Shown here one piece after another: positions 51,308-61,015 of a DNA stretch of 64,000 nt. The notes beneath the pieces are model-generated. The model ran no database searches. It was not told where the DNA came from and saw only the letters and a program-made list of their open reading frames with translations. Origin of the DNA: an uncultured Gemmatimonadales bacterium. GTDB taxonomy: Bacteria; Gemmatimonadota; Gemmatimonadetes; Gemmatimonadales; GWC2-71-9. How positions within the stretch are numbered: position 1 is the first letter of the stretch; each line of letters starts with the position of its first letter. The DNA is taken from positions 608,001 through 672,000 of the forward strand of contig CAWHFW010000002.1 in assembly GCA_963828735.1 (NCBI GenBank), read 5' to 3'. A program made the translations under genes and the position numbers.

Positions 51308-52452
51308 GAGCCGCTCCCTGGGGCACCGCCCGAGGGCGGCGGCTCCACCACCGGCAGCGCGCGCCGCGCCCGGACCTGGTGGACGCCGGTGGCGATCGCG
51401 TGCGCCGCGACGCCGGCCGCAGCCCCGGCGGCCAGCGCAGCACCGAACAGATCGAGGTTGCGCTCAACGCCGAACCCGCTGACCCCGGGGAGCCGCTCGT
51501 AGAACGGCGTCATGGTGTCCCAGAAGTTCGGCTCAGTACAGCCGATGCAGGGATGTCCGGCGCCGATGGGCCAGCTGGTGCCTGAGTTCCACTGGAAGAT
51601 CGGACAGGGAGAGAAGGTCGCCGGTCCTTTGCACCCGACATGATAGAGGCACCAGCCTTTTCGTGCCGCCTCGTCGTCGAACTCCTCCACGTACTGGCCG
51701 GCATCGTAGTTGGCCCGCCGCGGGCACTGGTCATGAATGCGTGCGCCGTAGGCGAACAGCGGCCGGCCCTCGCCGTCCAGCGCGGGGAGGCGGCCGAACG
51801 TCAGGTAGTGGACGATGGTGGCGGTGACCACGTCGCCGATCGGCGGACACCCCGCGATGTTCACCACCGGCTTGTCCTTGACGATGGTCGATACGCCCAC
51901 CGCCCCCGTCGGGTTGGGCCGCGCCGCCTGGACGCTACCCCAGTGCGCGCAGGCGCCGATGGCGATGACCGCCGCGGCGCCGGCCGCTGCCTCCTCGAGG
52001 ATGACCTTCGCCGTGCGGCCCGCGATCGTGGTGTAGATACCGTCGTCCGCCAAAGGCACGGATCCGGTCACCACCAGCAGGTACTTCCCGGCGTTTCCCT
52101 TCATCGCATCGTGCAGCGCCCGCTCGGCGGCCCCACCGGCCGCGGCCATCAGGGTGTGCGAGTAGTCGAGCGAGACGAGATCCAGGATCAGGTTGCCGAT
52201 GGTGGGATCCGCCGTGCGCAGCACGCTCTCGACGCACCCGGTGCATTCCTGGAGCTGGATCCAGACGACCGAGGGCCGCGTCATCGTTTCCAGGGCGCGG
52301 GCGATTCGTGGGATGGCCAGACGATCGAGGCCGAATACTGCGGCTAGGCCTCCGCAGAACTCGAGGAACTCGCGACGGGAGACGCCTCGTGACCGGAGAT
52401 GATCACCGAGGGAGTCACCATCACTCCACGGAATGGGATGGGGAACCAGCAT
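51304..52452 (-). CDS. hyaA: Group 1 [NiFe]-hydrogenase small subunit with Tat signal and C-terminal TM anchor
   Basis: SRREFLEFC; ECTGCVES; GCPP; HDQCPR, WCLYHVGCKGP, HPCIGC; GAAGGAG RBS. Confidence 0.97.
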   Translation of the reverse strand: MLVPHPIPWSDGDSLGDHLRSRGVSRREFLEFCGGLAAVFGLDRLAIPRIARALETMTRPSVVWIQLQECTGCVESVLRTADPTIGNLILDLVSLDYSHTLMAAAGGAAERALHDAMKGNAGKYLLVVTGSVPLADDGIYTTIAGRTAKVILEEAAAGAAAVIAIGACAHWGSVQAARPNPTGAVGVSTIVKDKPVVNIAGCPPIGDVVTATIVHYLTFGRLPALDGEGRPLFAYGARIHDQCPRRANYDAGQYVEEFDDEAARKGWCLYHVGCKGPATFSPCPIFQWNSGTSWPIGAGHPCIGCTEPNFWDTMTPFYERLPGVSGFGVERNLDLFGAALAAGAAAGVAAHAIATGVHQVRARRALPVVEPPPSGGAPGSGS

Positions 52453-52723
52453 CGTGGCTCCTTCGGCTGAGGGCCGAGCGCGAAGCGACGCGCCGAGTGC
52501 GGTCGGGCGGGATACGCGAACAAAATCAAGGATTTGAAGGCGGATCCCCATAGTCAAGCTAGACCATGGTCTCGGCCAGTGTTCGTGAAGGTTTTCTTAG
52601 GGAAGGGAGGGTCTACGAACGTATAGTATTGCGCAAATCGCAGGGATGGATAAAAGTAGTAGCGGTTCTGGCCCGTCCCGTGTCCCACCGCGTCGCTCGA
52701 AAACAGCAGGCCAAGGCGGACCT

Positions 52724-54346
52724 ATGCCGACTGCTAGGGTTCTCCACCGACCCCTTCTTCCGCTGGTCGCGACCGTGGCAGCGTTGCTGCTGGCCTGTAG
52801 CGACACCCAGGAAGTCCCGCGAGAGCCGTTCAATCCACCTCCCGATCAGACCAACAAGTTCCTGGGCTACTTCACTGCCAGCGACAAGCTGACCGCCTGC
52901 GGCAACTGCCACGCCGAAAAGCAGGCGGACTGGGCCAACACCAAGCACGCCCAGGCCTGGGCAGACCTCGTGGCCTCCGGTCATCAGAACTCGGACTGCA
53001 ACAGTTGCCACAGCGTGAGCGAGCGGGGGAACGCCGCCGCAGCGCCGGCGGGGTACACCGCGGTCGCCGACACCGCGTACCAGGACGTCCAGTGCGAGAG
53101 TTGTCATGGATCGGGCTTCGAGCATGCGTCGAGCCCGACGATCGAGAACCGGCCACTCGCGACCATAGCCATCCCGGCCGATCCGGCGCAGTGGGTCGAG
53201 TCCTCCACATGCGGCTCCTGCCATCAGGGCAGCTTCTCGCCGTTCGTCGAGCAGTGGAGCCAGTCGGCGCACGCCAGGACGGTGACGGACGTGATCCAGG
53301 ATATCGTCGACGATCCTGGCACCAGCTGCTCCGCGTGTCACGAGGGACGGCATGTCCTCGAGGCGTGGGGAGTCAACACGAATTACGTCGAGAAGGACGA
53401 GACGGTCACCCTCGAGAACGCGATGCCGACCACCTGCGCGATCTGCCACGATCCGCATGCAAAGGATCACGAGGGACAACTTCGCTGGGCGATCGACGAT
53501 CCCAATCCCGATAACAACTTGTGCATGAAGTGCCACAACCGGCGCACCGAGCCACAGGCGACGAGCTCGCGAGGTCCGCATGCGCCGCAGGGTGGCGTGC
53601 TCCTGGGCACCGCGGGGTACTGGCCGGCCGGCTTCGATACCACGGCTGTCACCGCCACGCACGGGAACGTCGCCGTCAACACCCGGCTCTGCGCGGGCTG
53701 CCACGTCGCGCCGTTCGAGGTCACCGACGCGAGCGGGAACGTGACCTTCCAGTCGACCGGGCACAGCTTCAGCCCCGACCCGTGCATCGACGCCAGCGGG
53801 AAGCCCACGGGCGACACCACCTGCGCGCGGCCCGGTGATCCCACCTTCGTGAGCGGTGTGCGCAAGTTCAACGGCTGCACAGCCTCCGGCTGTCACTCGA
53901 CCGAGGAAGCCGCGGAGAACGCCTTCGAGGCGAACCGCAATATCGTCCGGCTGCTGGCCGACCAGCTCTGGGTCGACGTCAACGGCAACCAGGTGTTGTA
54001 CACGACCGATCCGGTCACGGGCCAGGCCACTGGCTTCGATCCCGGTGACACGGGGCTGCTGACGCAGGTGCCGGTGACCGAGTTCAATGCCACGGACAAC
54101 AAGATTACCGACGCGGAGGGCGTGCTCTTCAACGTGCGGCTCATCGGAGAGAACCGTTATGCCAACGGCGATCGCTCGTTCGGGGCCCACAATCCGTTCC
54201 TGTCGCAGTCGCTGTTGACGGCGAGCATCGACGCGCTGAAGGCCACGTACGGGCTCGCCGTGACGCCGCAGGTGCAGAGGCTCATGGACCAGGTCAAGGC
54301 GCGGAACCCCCGGGCGCGCGCCCAGTTCACGATCAGTCGGAGGTGA
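52724..54346 (+). CDS. Multiheme c-type cytochrome lipoprotein (8 CxxCH + 1 CX4CH)
   Basis: Lipobox LLAC; CGNCH, CNSCH, CESCH, CGSCH, CSACH, CAICH, CMKCH, CAGCH, CTASGCH. Confidence 0.9.
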   Translation: MPTARVLHRPLLPLVATVAALLLACSDTQEVPREPFNPPPDQTNKFLGYFTASDKLTACGNCHAEKQADWANTKHAQAWADLVASGHQNSDCNSCHSVSERGNAAAAPAGYTAVADTAYQDVQCESCHGSGFEHASSPTIENRPLATIAIPADPAQWVESSTCGSCHQGSFSPFVEQWSQSAHARTVTDVIQDIVDDPGTSCSACHEGRHVLEAWGVNTNYVEKDETVTLENAMPTTCAICHDPHAKDHEGQLRWAIDDPNPDNNLCMKCHNRRTEPQATSSRGPHAPQGGVLLGTAGYWPAGFDTTAVTATHGNVAVNTRLCAGCHVAPFEVTDASGNVTFQSTGHSFSPDPCIDASGKPTGDTTCARPGDPTFVSGVRKFNGCTASGCHSTEEAAENAFEANRNIVRLLADQLWVDVNGNQVLYTTDPVTGQATGFDPGDTGLLTQVPVTEFNATDNKITDAEGVLFNVRLIGENRYANGDRSFGAHNPFLSQSLLTASIDALKATYGLAVTPQVQRLMDQVKARNPRARAQFTISRR

Positions 54347-54401
54347 GCAAGCCCAGGAAGGGATCGACTCCGGCCACGTTCACCGGTTAGCATTTTTCGG
54401 C

Positions 54402-56455
54402 ATGATCGGGCTCCTCGCCACGATCGCTTCGGCCACGGCTCCTCTCCCGGGACGGGAAGGGGCCGTGGTCGCTGTGTTGCAGGCCCAGGACACGCTGACC
54501 CAGCACTTCGTCGATTCTATCGTCGTACGCTCGCCGCTGCCCGACCCGCTCGTTCCAATCGTTCAATGGATCTTCCAGAAGCCCGGCTGGGTCATGGCCG
54601 GCGGGATCGTGATCGGCGCGCTGGTGGCGACCGCCGCGATCGTCCTGCTGTGGCGCCACCGCCGGGCCATCGGCACGTGGCTGGTCACGCGGGATCGGGG
54701 CGCGAAGCTCGCCATGCTCGGCGCCGCGGCGCGGTCCTGCTGCTCATGGTCGGGACGGGCGTGAAGGCGTACGACTACATGATGCACGACAACGACTTCT
54801 GCCGTGGCTGCCACATCTTCGTCCCCAGCGGGCAGATCTTCGTCCGCCCCGACACCGGCACCTATCTCCTGGTCAACAAGCTGGAGGGGAAGCACGACAC
54901 GCTCAGTTGCCACAGCTGTCACCCGTTCGAGCTGAAGGCACAGACTAAGGAGCTGTTCTACTGGATCATCGACCGCCCGGATCAGGTTCCGCCTCACGCC
55001 AAGGTACCGCGTCACGTCTGCGAGGGCTGCCACGTCCAGGGCGAGGCCAAGAAGACCTGGGCTCGCATCGCGTCGACGGCCGGCCACCGGACGCACCTGG
55101 AATCCGACTCCTCGGCGCTCAAGGACGTCGCTTGCCTGACCTGCCACGCGCGCAGCGCGCATCGGTTCCAGCCCGCGGACACGACCTGCGCGCAGAAGGG
55201 CTGCCATCTGACGGACGACGTCAAGATCAAGCTCGGACGGATGGCAGCCCGTTTCGCGCCCGCGAATCTTCGCCCGCTGCCCAACGAGGAGAAGCTCTAT
55301 TGCAACTCCTGTCACCAGTTCACCGCCGAGGCGCAGTTCGTGAGCCGGGACTCGGCGACGGGTATCCTCACCCCCGGCTCTCGCCAGTGTTTCGGCTGCC
55401 ATGAGATGCGGCAGCTCCTGGCGGGCTTCGACCCGGCCAGAGAGCCGCACCGGGGCAGCTGCGGGACGTGTCACAACCCTCACAGCGATGTGAAGCCCGC
55501 GGACGCGCTCAAGTCCTGCGCCGATGCCAACTGTCACGCCGACTGGCGAGGTGTCGCGTTCCATGTCGGCGCGGCGCACAAGAAGGTCGCGGAGCGCTGC
55601 CAGACCTGCCACGTCCCCCACGCCGCGCGGGTGGACGCGAGCGACTGCGTCGGATGTCACGAATCGGTGCGTAAGAACGGAGGCAAGTTCCGGCCTCCGA
55701 TGCCGTTCGATACGACCAAGGCGCTGCAGCAGAGCATGCGGCTCATCGAGCCGGGGCGCGCCCGCGGGCGTGGCGGTGACCCGCCGTCAGACGACCCTCC
55801 CGGGGGGGAGCGGACCGCGCGACCCGTCGCCCCCGCTGACACGTTTTCCCACGCGCGCCACCGCCGACTCGCCTGCATCACCTGCCACACGACCTCATCC
55901 CCGACGCGCACGCTCACCTTCGAGCAGCCGCAGGGGATGCCAGATCTGCCACCACCAGCGGCCGGCCTCGAGCAAGTGCACGACCTGCCACCAGTCGTCC
56001 GAGCTCTCCGAGCCGCAGCCGGTCTCCGTCGAGGTGTCCGTGCGCGGACACGCCTGCTCGGTCACGGGAAGTCTCCTTCGACCACGCAAAGCACCCCGAC
56101 CTTTCCTGTATCGAGTGCCACACCGGCGCCGTGACCCTCGAGCCCGAACCTCCAGTGGCGACGTGCACGGCATGCCACGACGACCACCATGCCGCCGGCC
56201 GGGACTGCGCCACCTGTCATCGAAGCACGGACATCATCAACGCGCATGCGCCCCCGATCGACGCCCACCAGGCCTGCGACCAGTGCCACGCGGAGCGCAC
56301 GGTCGGAAGGCTGGCGCCGACGCGCTCGTTCTGCCTGGCCTGCCACGGCAGCGAGACCGATCATCACGCCGAGAAGGAGTGCACGGTCTGCCACCTTCAA
56401 GCCACTCCGGACGCAGTACCGCGTCAAGCTGACCGGCACGGGTAAGGGACCGTGA
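54402..56455 (+). CDS. Membrane-anchored ~20-heme cytochrome c with a NapC/NirT-like N-terminus; interrupted by 4 apparent frameshifts
   Basis: Joined across ORFs 54402, 54566, 55524, 56131 and 56189. TM helices, then YDYMMHDNDFCRGCH; 18 CxxCH + 2 CX4CH. The reconstructed stop forms a GTGA overlap with the next gene. Confidence 0.8.
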
Positions 56456-57960
56456 GATTCGCGTCACGGTGCGCCGTCGCGCTCGGCGTGGGGTGTCTCT
56501 GCCTGGCCGGGTCTGGGGCGCAGGCCCAGGGCTACCGCCTGCGCCTGGACTCGCGGGTGCAACGGGCCAGCTATCGTGGCGTCATGGCGGATAGCATCCT
56601 CGGAACCCAGGCCGTGACCGGCCCGACCGGTGGCTTCGAGACCCCGGACGGGTTCGCGGTCCGCTGCTCGACGTCCAGCGCCTACTGCTTCTACTTCCGC
56701 CCGGGGCCGGAATTGGACGGGGCGCCCCTGGTCTCCTCCGCCGATCTGACCCTCTGGGGGTTTGGCGTTCGCGGGTTGAGCCTCCGTCTAAACGGGCGGG
56801 TCGGCGTCGACCTGGGAGCAAGCGACGTCTGGCCGGGCGTCGAGCCGGCAGTGCAGCTCATCGAGGCTTACGCCGAGTATGCGCAGCCGGTGTTCACGGT
56901 TCGCGCCGGCCGGCAGCTGCTGGCGAATCGCCTGGGGACGCTGGGATTCGACGGGGGGAAGGTGACGATCCGGCCGGGCCGCCTGGGACTCGAGGCCGTG
57001 GTCTATGCCGGTCTCGGGCTCGCCCGCGCGACTGCCATTCCCGTGACGAGCCCGGTCCTCAATCCACTCGACGACTTCCAACCCAGCAGTCGCCAGATCC
57101 TGGCCGGCGCCGCGGTGGGATACAGCCGGGCCGAGATCGATGTCCGAGCGGACTACCAGCGCGAGCTCGACGGGGACACGCGGAATTTCGTGTCCGAGCG
57201 CGCCGCGCTCTCGCTCGACCTGCGCCCGCTGCCGCACTGGAGCCTCGAGTCCGGCGTGGACTACGACCTGGCGAACACCTGGTTCGGGAGTGCCGACGCG
57301 GTGGTCCGGTATACCTCATCCCGGATCACCGTGGCGGGCGGCGTCAGGCAATACCGGCCGCATTTCGACCTGTGGACCATCTGGGGGGCGTTTACGCCGG
57401 TGCCGTACCACGCGGGGAACATCGCGGTCTGGATCCGCCCGATTCGTGGGCTCGAGCTGCGAGGGCAGTGGGAGAGCTACGCGTACTCCGAGACGGCGAC
57501 CGAGACTCCGTTGGTCCAGGTCGACGACGACGGCTGGCGTCTGGGCACGGGCGTGACCTACAGCCCGTCGGCCGCCTGGAGACTGGATGCCGGCTATCGG
57601 GAGGAGAACGGACCCGGCGCGTCGTCCCATGGATTCGATGGCACCGTCACCTTCGTTCCGTTTCCCGCACTCTCGCTCACCGCCTACGGAACGACGCTCG
57701 ACCGCCCGCTCGAGTTCCGCTTCGAGGAGGCGTCGGTCGATGCGCTGGGCCTCGACGCCGAGTGGAGCCCGACGAACCGGCTTCGATTCGCGGTCGGCAT
57801 CGCGCGTTACATGGAGGACCGCAAGCGTCCGGACGCGGCGGCGTTCGACTGGGACCAGACTCGCCTTCATGCCAGCCTGACGCTGCTTCTCCAAAGCAAC
57901 GCCGATGTCGCGCCGCTGCCGCGCGCGCTGCGGACGTACCCCCCGGCGGGCTCGCCGTGA
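56452..57960 (+). CDS. Outer-membrane beta-barrel protein (putative cytochrome-associated porin)
   Basis: Signal peptide; aromatic/Gly-rich alternating strands (EAYAEY...VRAGRQ...GFDGG); sits between cytochrome genes. Confidence 0.75.
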   Translation: MRFASRCAVALGVGCLCLAGSGAQAQGYRLRLDSRVQRASYRGVMADSILGTQAVTGPTGGFETPDGFAVRCSTSSAYCFYFRPGPELDGAPLVSSADLTLWGFGVRGLSLRLNGRVGVDLGASDVWPGVEPAVQLIEAYAEYAQPVFTVRAGRQLLANRLGTLGFDGGKVTIRPGRLGLEAVVYAGLGLARATAIPVTSPVLNPLDDFQPSSRQILAGAAVGYSRAEIDVRADYQRELDGDTRNFVSERAALSLDLRPLPHWSLESGVDYDLANTWFGSADAVVRYTSSRITVAGGVRQYRPHFDLWTIWGAFTPVPYHAGNIAVWIRPIRGLELRGQWESYAYSETATETPLVQVDDDGWRLGTGVTYSPSAAWRLDAGYREENGPGASSHGFDGTVTFVPFPALSLTAYGTTLDRPLEFRFEEASVDALGLDAEWSPTNRLRFAVGIARYMEDRKRPDAAAFDWDQTRLHASLTLLLQSNADVAPLPRALRTYPPAGSP

Positions 57961-59393
57961 TGCTCCGGGGACTGAGACTCCTCGTCCTCGTCGCGCTCTC
58001 GGTCGCCGCTGGCGGCTGGGCCGTGCAGCACGCGTTGCAGGAACGGTTTGATCACTGGCAACACCGCGCGCTCTTTCCAACGTGCATCGGCTGCCACGCC
58101 GGCGCGGCGGATTCCAGCCGATCGCTCTGGCCCCAGCCGTCCGATTGCAAAACCTGTCACGACGGTGCGGTCGAAAAGGCGGTGGAGTGGGCGCCGCCGG
58201 GCGCGCCTCGCGCGAGCAACCTCCGATTCACCCATCAGGACCACGCTCGCGCACTCGCGCACTCCCGCGGCGCCGATTCCACGCTTCGGTGCAGCGCCTG
58301 CCATACCTCGCAGGGAGCTGATCGCATGCGGGTCAGCTCAGCGGTCGTGGAGAATTGCCTCGAATGTCATGGCATCAGGACCGCGCATCTGAGCGCACCG
58401 GACACGGCGTGCGTCACGTGCCACGTACCGCTGGTACAGGCGGTGCGGCTCACCGAGGAACGGGTGAAGGGCTTTCCGGTCCCCGACTCTCATCGCGAGC
58501 CGGGCTTCGCGTCGACCGGCCACGGGAAGCTCGCACGGGCCGGCGGCGCTCCCGTTGCAGCCTCCTGCGCCACGTGCCACGCCCGGGACTACTGCACCCA
58601 ATGCCACGTGAACGCCCCCGAGGTGCAGGCCATCCAGGCGCTGGGTCCAGACCCGCGATCGCTCGCGATCGAGGCAAAGCTCGAGGCCCCGGAAGACCAT
58701 GCTGACCCGAACTTCCTCCGACGGCATGGAGGCCAGGTCCGGAAGGAGTCAGGCCGGTGTGCGGTCTGCCACACGCAGCAGAGTTGCGTCGCGTGCCATG
58801 TCGGCTCGCCCGCGAGCGTGCAGGCGATCCCGATCGCCGGTCCCGGCCGGGGCCCAGGTGCCACGATCCACCGGGAGCGACCGATCTCTCACGGTCAGAA
58901 TTTCTCCAAGACGCATGCCGAGCCGGCTTCGGCGCGGCCTCAGACCTGCAGCGGTTGCCACGCCCGCGCGGAATGTCTCTCCTGCCACCGGCCGGACGCG
59001 GCCGAGGCGTCGCCGGGCTTCCATCCCGCGGGCTTTCTCACGACCCACCCTTCGGCGGCCTACTCCCGTGAGAGTTCGTGCAGTGAATGCCATAACCAGG
59101 GGCAGTTCTGCACCAATTGCCACGTGAATGCCGGGCTGGTATCGCCCGGTCGCCTCCGAGGTACCGGCTATCACGACGCCAAGCAGTCTTTCCTGCTCAA
59201 CCACGGTCAAGCGGCGCGCCAGAGCCTGGAGACCTGTGTCTCCTGCCACTCCGAGCGTGACTGCCTGACCTGCCACTCCGCGGTGGGCGGCCGCCGCTTC
59301 GACCCCCACGGCCCAGGCTTCGATGCGGCGACGCTCAAGCGGAAAAATCCATCCATGTGCACCGCCTGCCACGGCCTCAACACTCCAGAGTGA
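57957..59393 (+). CDS. 16-heme c-type cytochrome
   Basis: N-terminal signal/TM; 16 CxxCH motifs, the later ones in repeated H...H...CxxCH-x4-5-CxxCH units. Confidence 0.9.
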   Translation: MMLRGLRLLVLVALSVAAGGWAVQHALQERFDHWQHRALFPTCIGCHAGAADSSRSLWPQPSDCKTCHDGAVEKAVEWAPPGAPRASNLRFTHQDHARALAHSRGADSTLRCSACHTSQGADRMRVSSAVVENCLECHGIRTAHLSAPDTACVTCHVPLVQAVRLTEERVKGFPVPDSHREPGFASTGHGKLARAGGAPVAASCATCHARDYCTQCHVNAPEVQAIQALGPDPRSLAIEAKLEAPEDHADPNFLRRHGGQVRKESGRCAVCHTQQSCVACHVGSPASVQAIPIAGPGRGPGATIHRERPISHGQNFSKTHAEPASARPQTCSGCHARAECLSCHRPDAAEASPGFHPAGFLTTHPSAAYSRESSCSECHNQGQFCTNCHVNAGLVSPGRLRGTGYHDAKQSFLLNHGQAARQSLETCVSCHSERDCLTCHSAVGGRRFDPHGPGFDAATLKRKNPSMCTACHGLNTPE

Positions 59394-59457
59394 ACAGGTC
59401 TTTCGCCCTGGGGCGCTGCGTTCGCGCGATCAATGCCGCCCGGTCCGGTGACCTGAG

Positions 59458-60957
59458 CTAGGCATTCCGGGCGTCGGCCCGCGGAGCGCGCGCCCACGCG
59501 AGGGCCGCCCCGACGGCTCGCTCCCACGCCTCCCGCAGCGCCCGCCGCTCGGGGCCGCCGAGCGTAGGAACGAACCGGTCGAACCGCCGTCCGGCCAGAA
59601 ACTCGTCGCTCCCCTTCCACACCCCGAGCGCGATGCCCGCGAGCCCCGCCGCGCCCAGCGCGGTGGTCTCCACCATGTCGGGCCGCTCGACCGGCACGCC
59701 CAGCACGTCCGCCTGGAACTGCATCATCCAGTCGTTCGCCGAGGCGCCGCCGTCCACCCGGAGGGCGGGCACCTCGAAGCCTCCGGTCCGCGTCATGGCC
59801 TCGAGCAGGTCGGCGCTGCTGAACGCCATCGCCTCGAGCGCGGCCCGCACCAGGTGCGCGCGCGTCGTCCCGCCGGTGATGCCGGTGATCGTTCCCCGCG
59901 CCTCCGATTCCCAGTGCGGCGTGCCGAGCCCGGCGAAGGCCGGCACGAAGTGCACGCCGCCCGTGTCCGGGACGCTCCGCGCCAGCCCTTCCGAATCACC
60001 CGCCACCTGCAGCAGCCGCAGGCCGTCGCGCAGCCACTGGATCGCCGCGCCGGCGATGAACACGCTGCCCTCGAGCGCGTAGGCCGGCTCGCCCCGCGGA
60101 CCGCAGGCGGCCGTGGCGAGAACCCCGTTGGCCGGGAGGGGCCGGCAATCGCCGGTGTACACCAGCAGGAAGGCGCCCGTCCCGTAGGTGTTCTTCGCCA
60201 TGCCGTCCACGCAGCAGCCCTGGCCGAACAGCGCGGCCTGCTGGTCGCCCGCGAGCCCGGCGATCGGGAGGCTGACGCCCAAGTGGGCCCGGTCGGTTTC
60301 CGCCACCACGCCCGCGCTCGGCACGATGTCCGGAAGCAGGTCCGGCGGCACGCCGAACAGGTCGAGCAGCTCCTCATGCCACGTCCGCTTGGCCAGATCG
60401 TACAGCAGCGTTCGGGACGCATTGGTGTGATCGGTGACGTGAGCCCGCCCGCCGGCCAGCTTCGCCACCAGCCAGCTTTCGATGGTGCCGGCGGCCAGCT
60501 CGCCTCGCGTGGCGCGCCGGCGGAGATCGGCATCCCGGAGCAGCCACTCGAGCTTCGTGGCGGAGAAGTAGGGATCGGCCACCAGGCCGGTGCGCTCGCG
60601 CAGCATGGCTTCGGCACCGCTCGCGCGGAGCTCGCGGCAGCGCTCGCTCGTGCGCCGGTCCTGCCAGACGATCGCGCGCGAGACGGGCTGGAGGGTCCGC
60701 CGATCCCAGAGCACCACGGTCTCGCGCTGATTTGTGATGCCGATGCCCGACGGCGGCGTGCCGGCCTTGGCGATCGCCTCGCGCATCGCCTCGAGGGAGA
60801 CGCGGACGATCTCCTCGGCGTCGTGCTCGACCCAGCCAGGTTGCGGATAGTGCTGGGTGAATTCGCGATAGCCTCGACCCAGAACGGTGCCGTCCTGGTC
60901 TACCAGCAGCGCGGTGCTGCCGGTGGTGCCTTGGTCGAGAGCGAGGATCGCGGGCAT
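59458..60957 (-). CDS. glpK: Glycerol kinase
   Basis: ALDQGTTGS, GITNQRET, VWQDRRT, YFSATK, GDQQAALFG, KNTYGTG. Confidence 0.97.
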   Translation of the reverse strand: MPAILALDQGTTGSTALLVDQDGTVLGRGYREFTQHYPQPGWVEHDAEEIVRVSLEAMREAIAKAGTPPSGIGITNQRETVVLWDRRTLQPVSRAIVWQDRRTSERCRELRASGAEAMLRERTGLVADPYFSATKLEWLLRDADLRRRATRGELAAGTIESWLVAKLAGGRAHVTDHTNASRTLLYDLAKRTWHEELLDLFGVPPDLLPDIVPSAGVVAETDRAHLGVSLPIAGLAGDQQAALFGQGCCVDGMAKNTYGTGAFLLVYTGDCRPLPANGVLATAACGPRGEPAYALEGSVFIAGAAIQWLRDGLRLLQVAGDSEGLARSVPDTGGVHFVPAFAGLGTPHWESEARGTITGITGGTTRAHLVRAALEAMAFSSADLLEAMTRTGGFEVPALRVDGGASANDWMMQFQADVLGVPVERPDMVETTALGAAGLAGIALGVWKGSDEFLAGRRFDRFVPTLGGPERRALREAWERAVGAALAWARAPRADARNA

Positions 60958-61015
60958 TACGATGGGCACCGTCGAGACGGCTGCACCTCGAAACACGACC
61001 TGTGTCGAGCCAGGC

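Noticed and set aside
52583..52600. Rex-like operator TCGTGAAGGTTTTCTTAG in the hydrogenase/cytochrome intergenic region
   Set aside because: Only 10 of 14 consensus positions match and the right half-site is poor; no FNR box found either.
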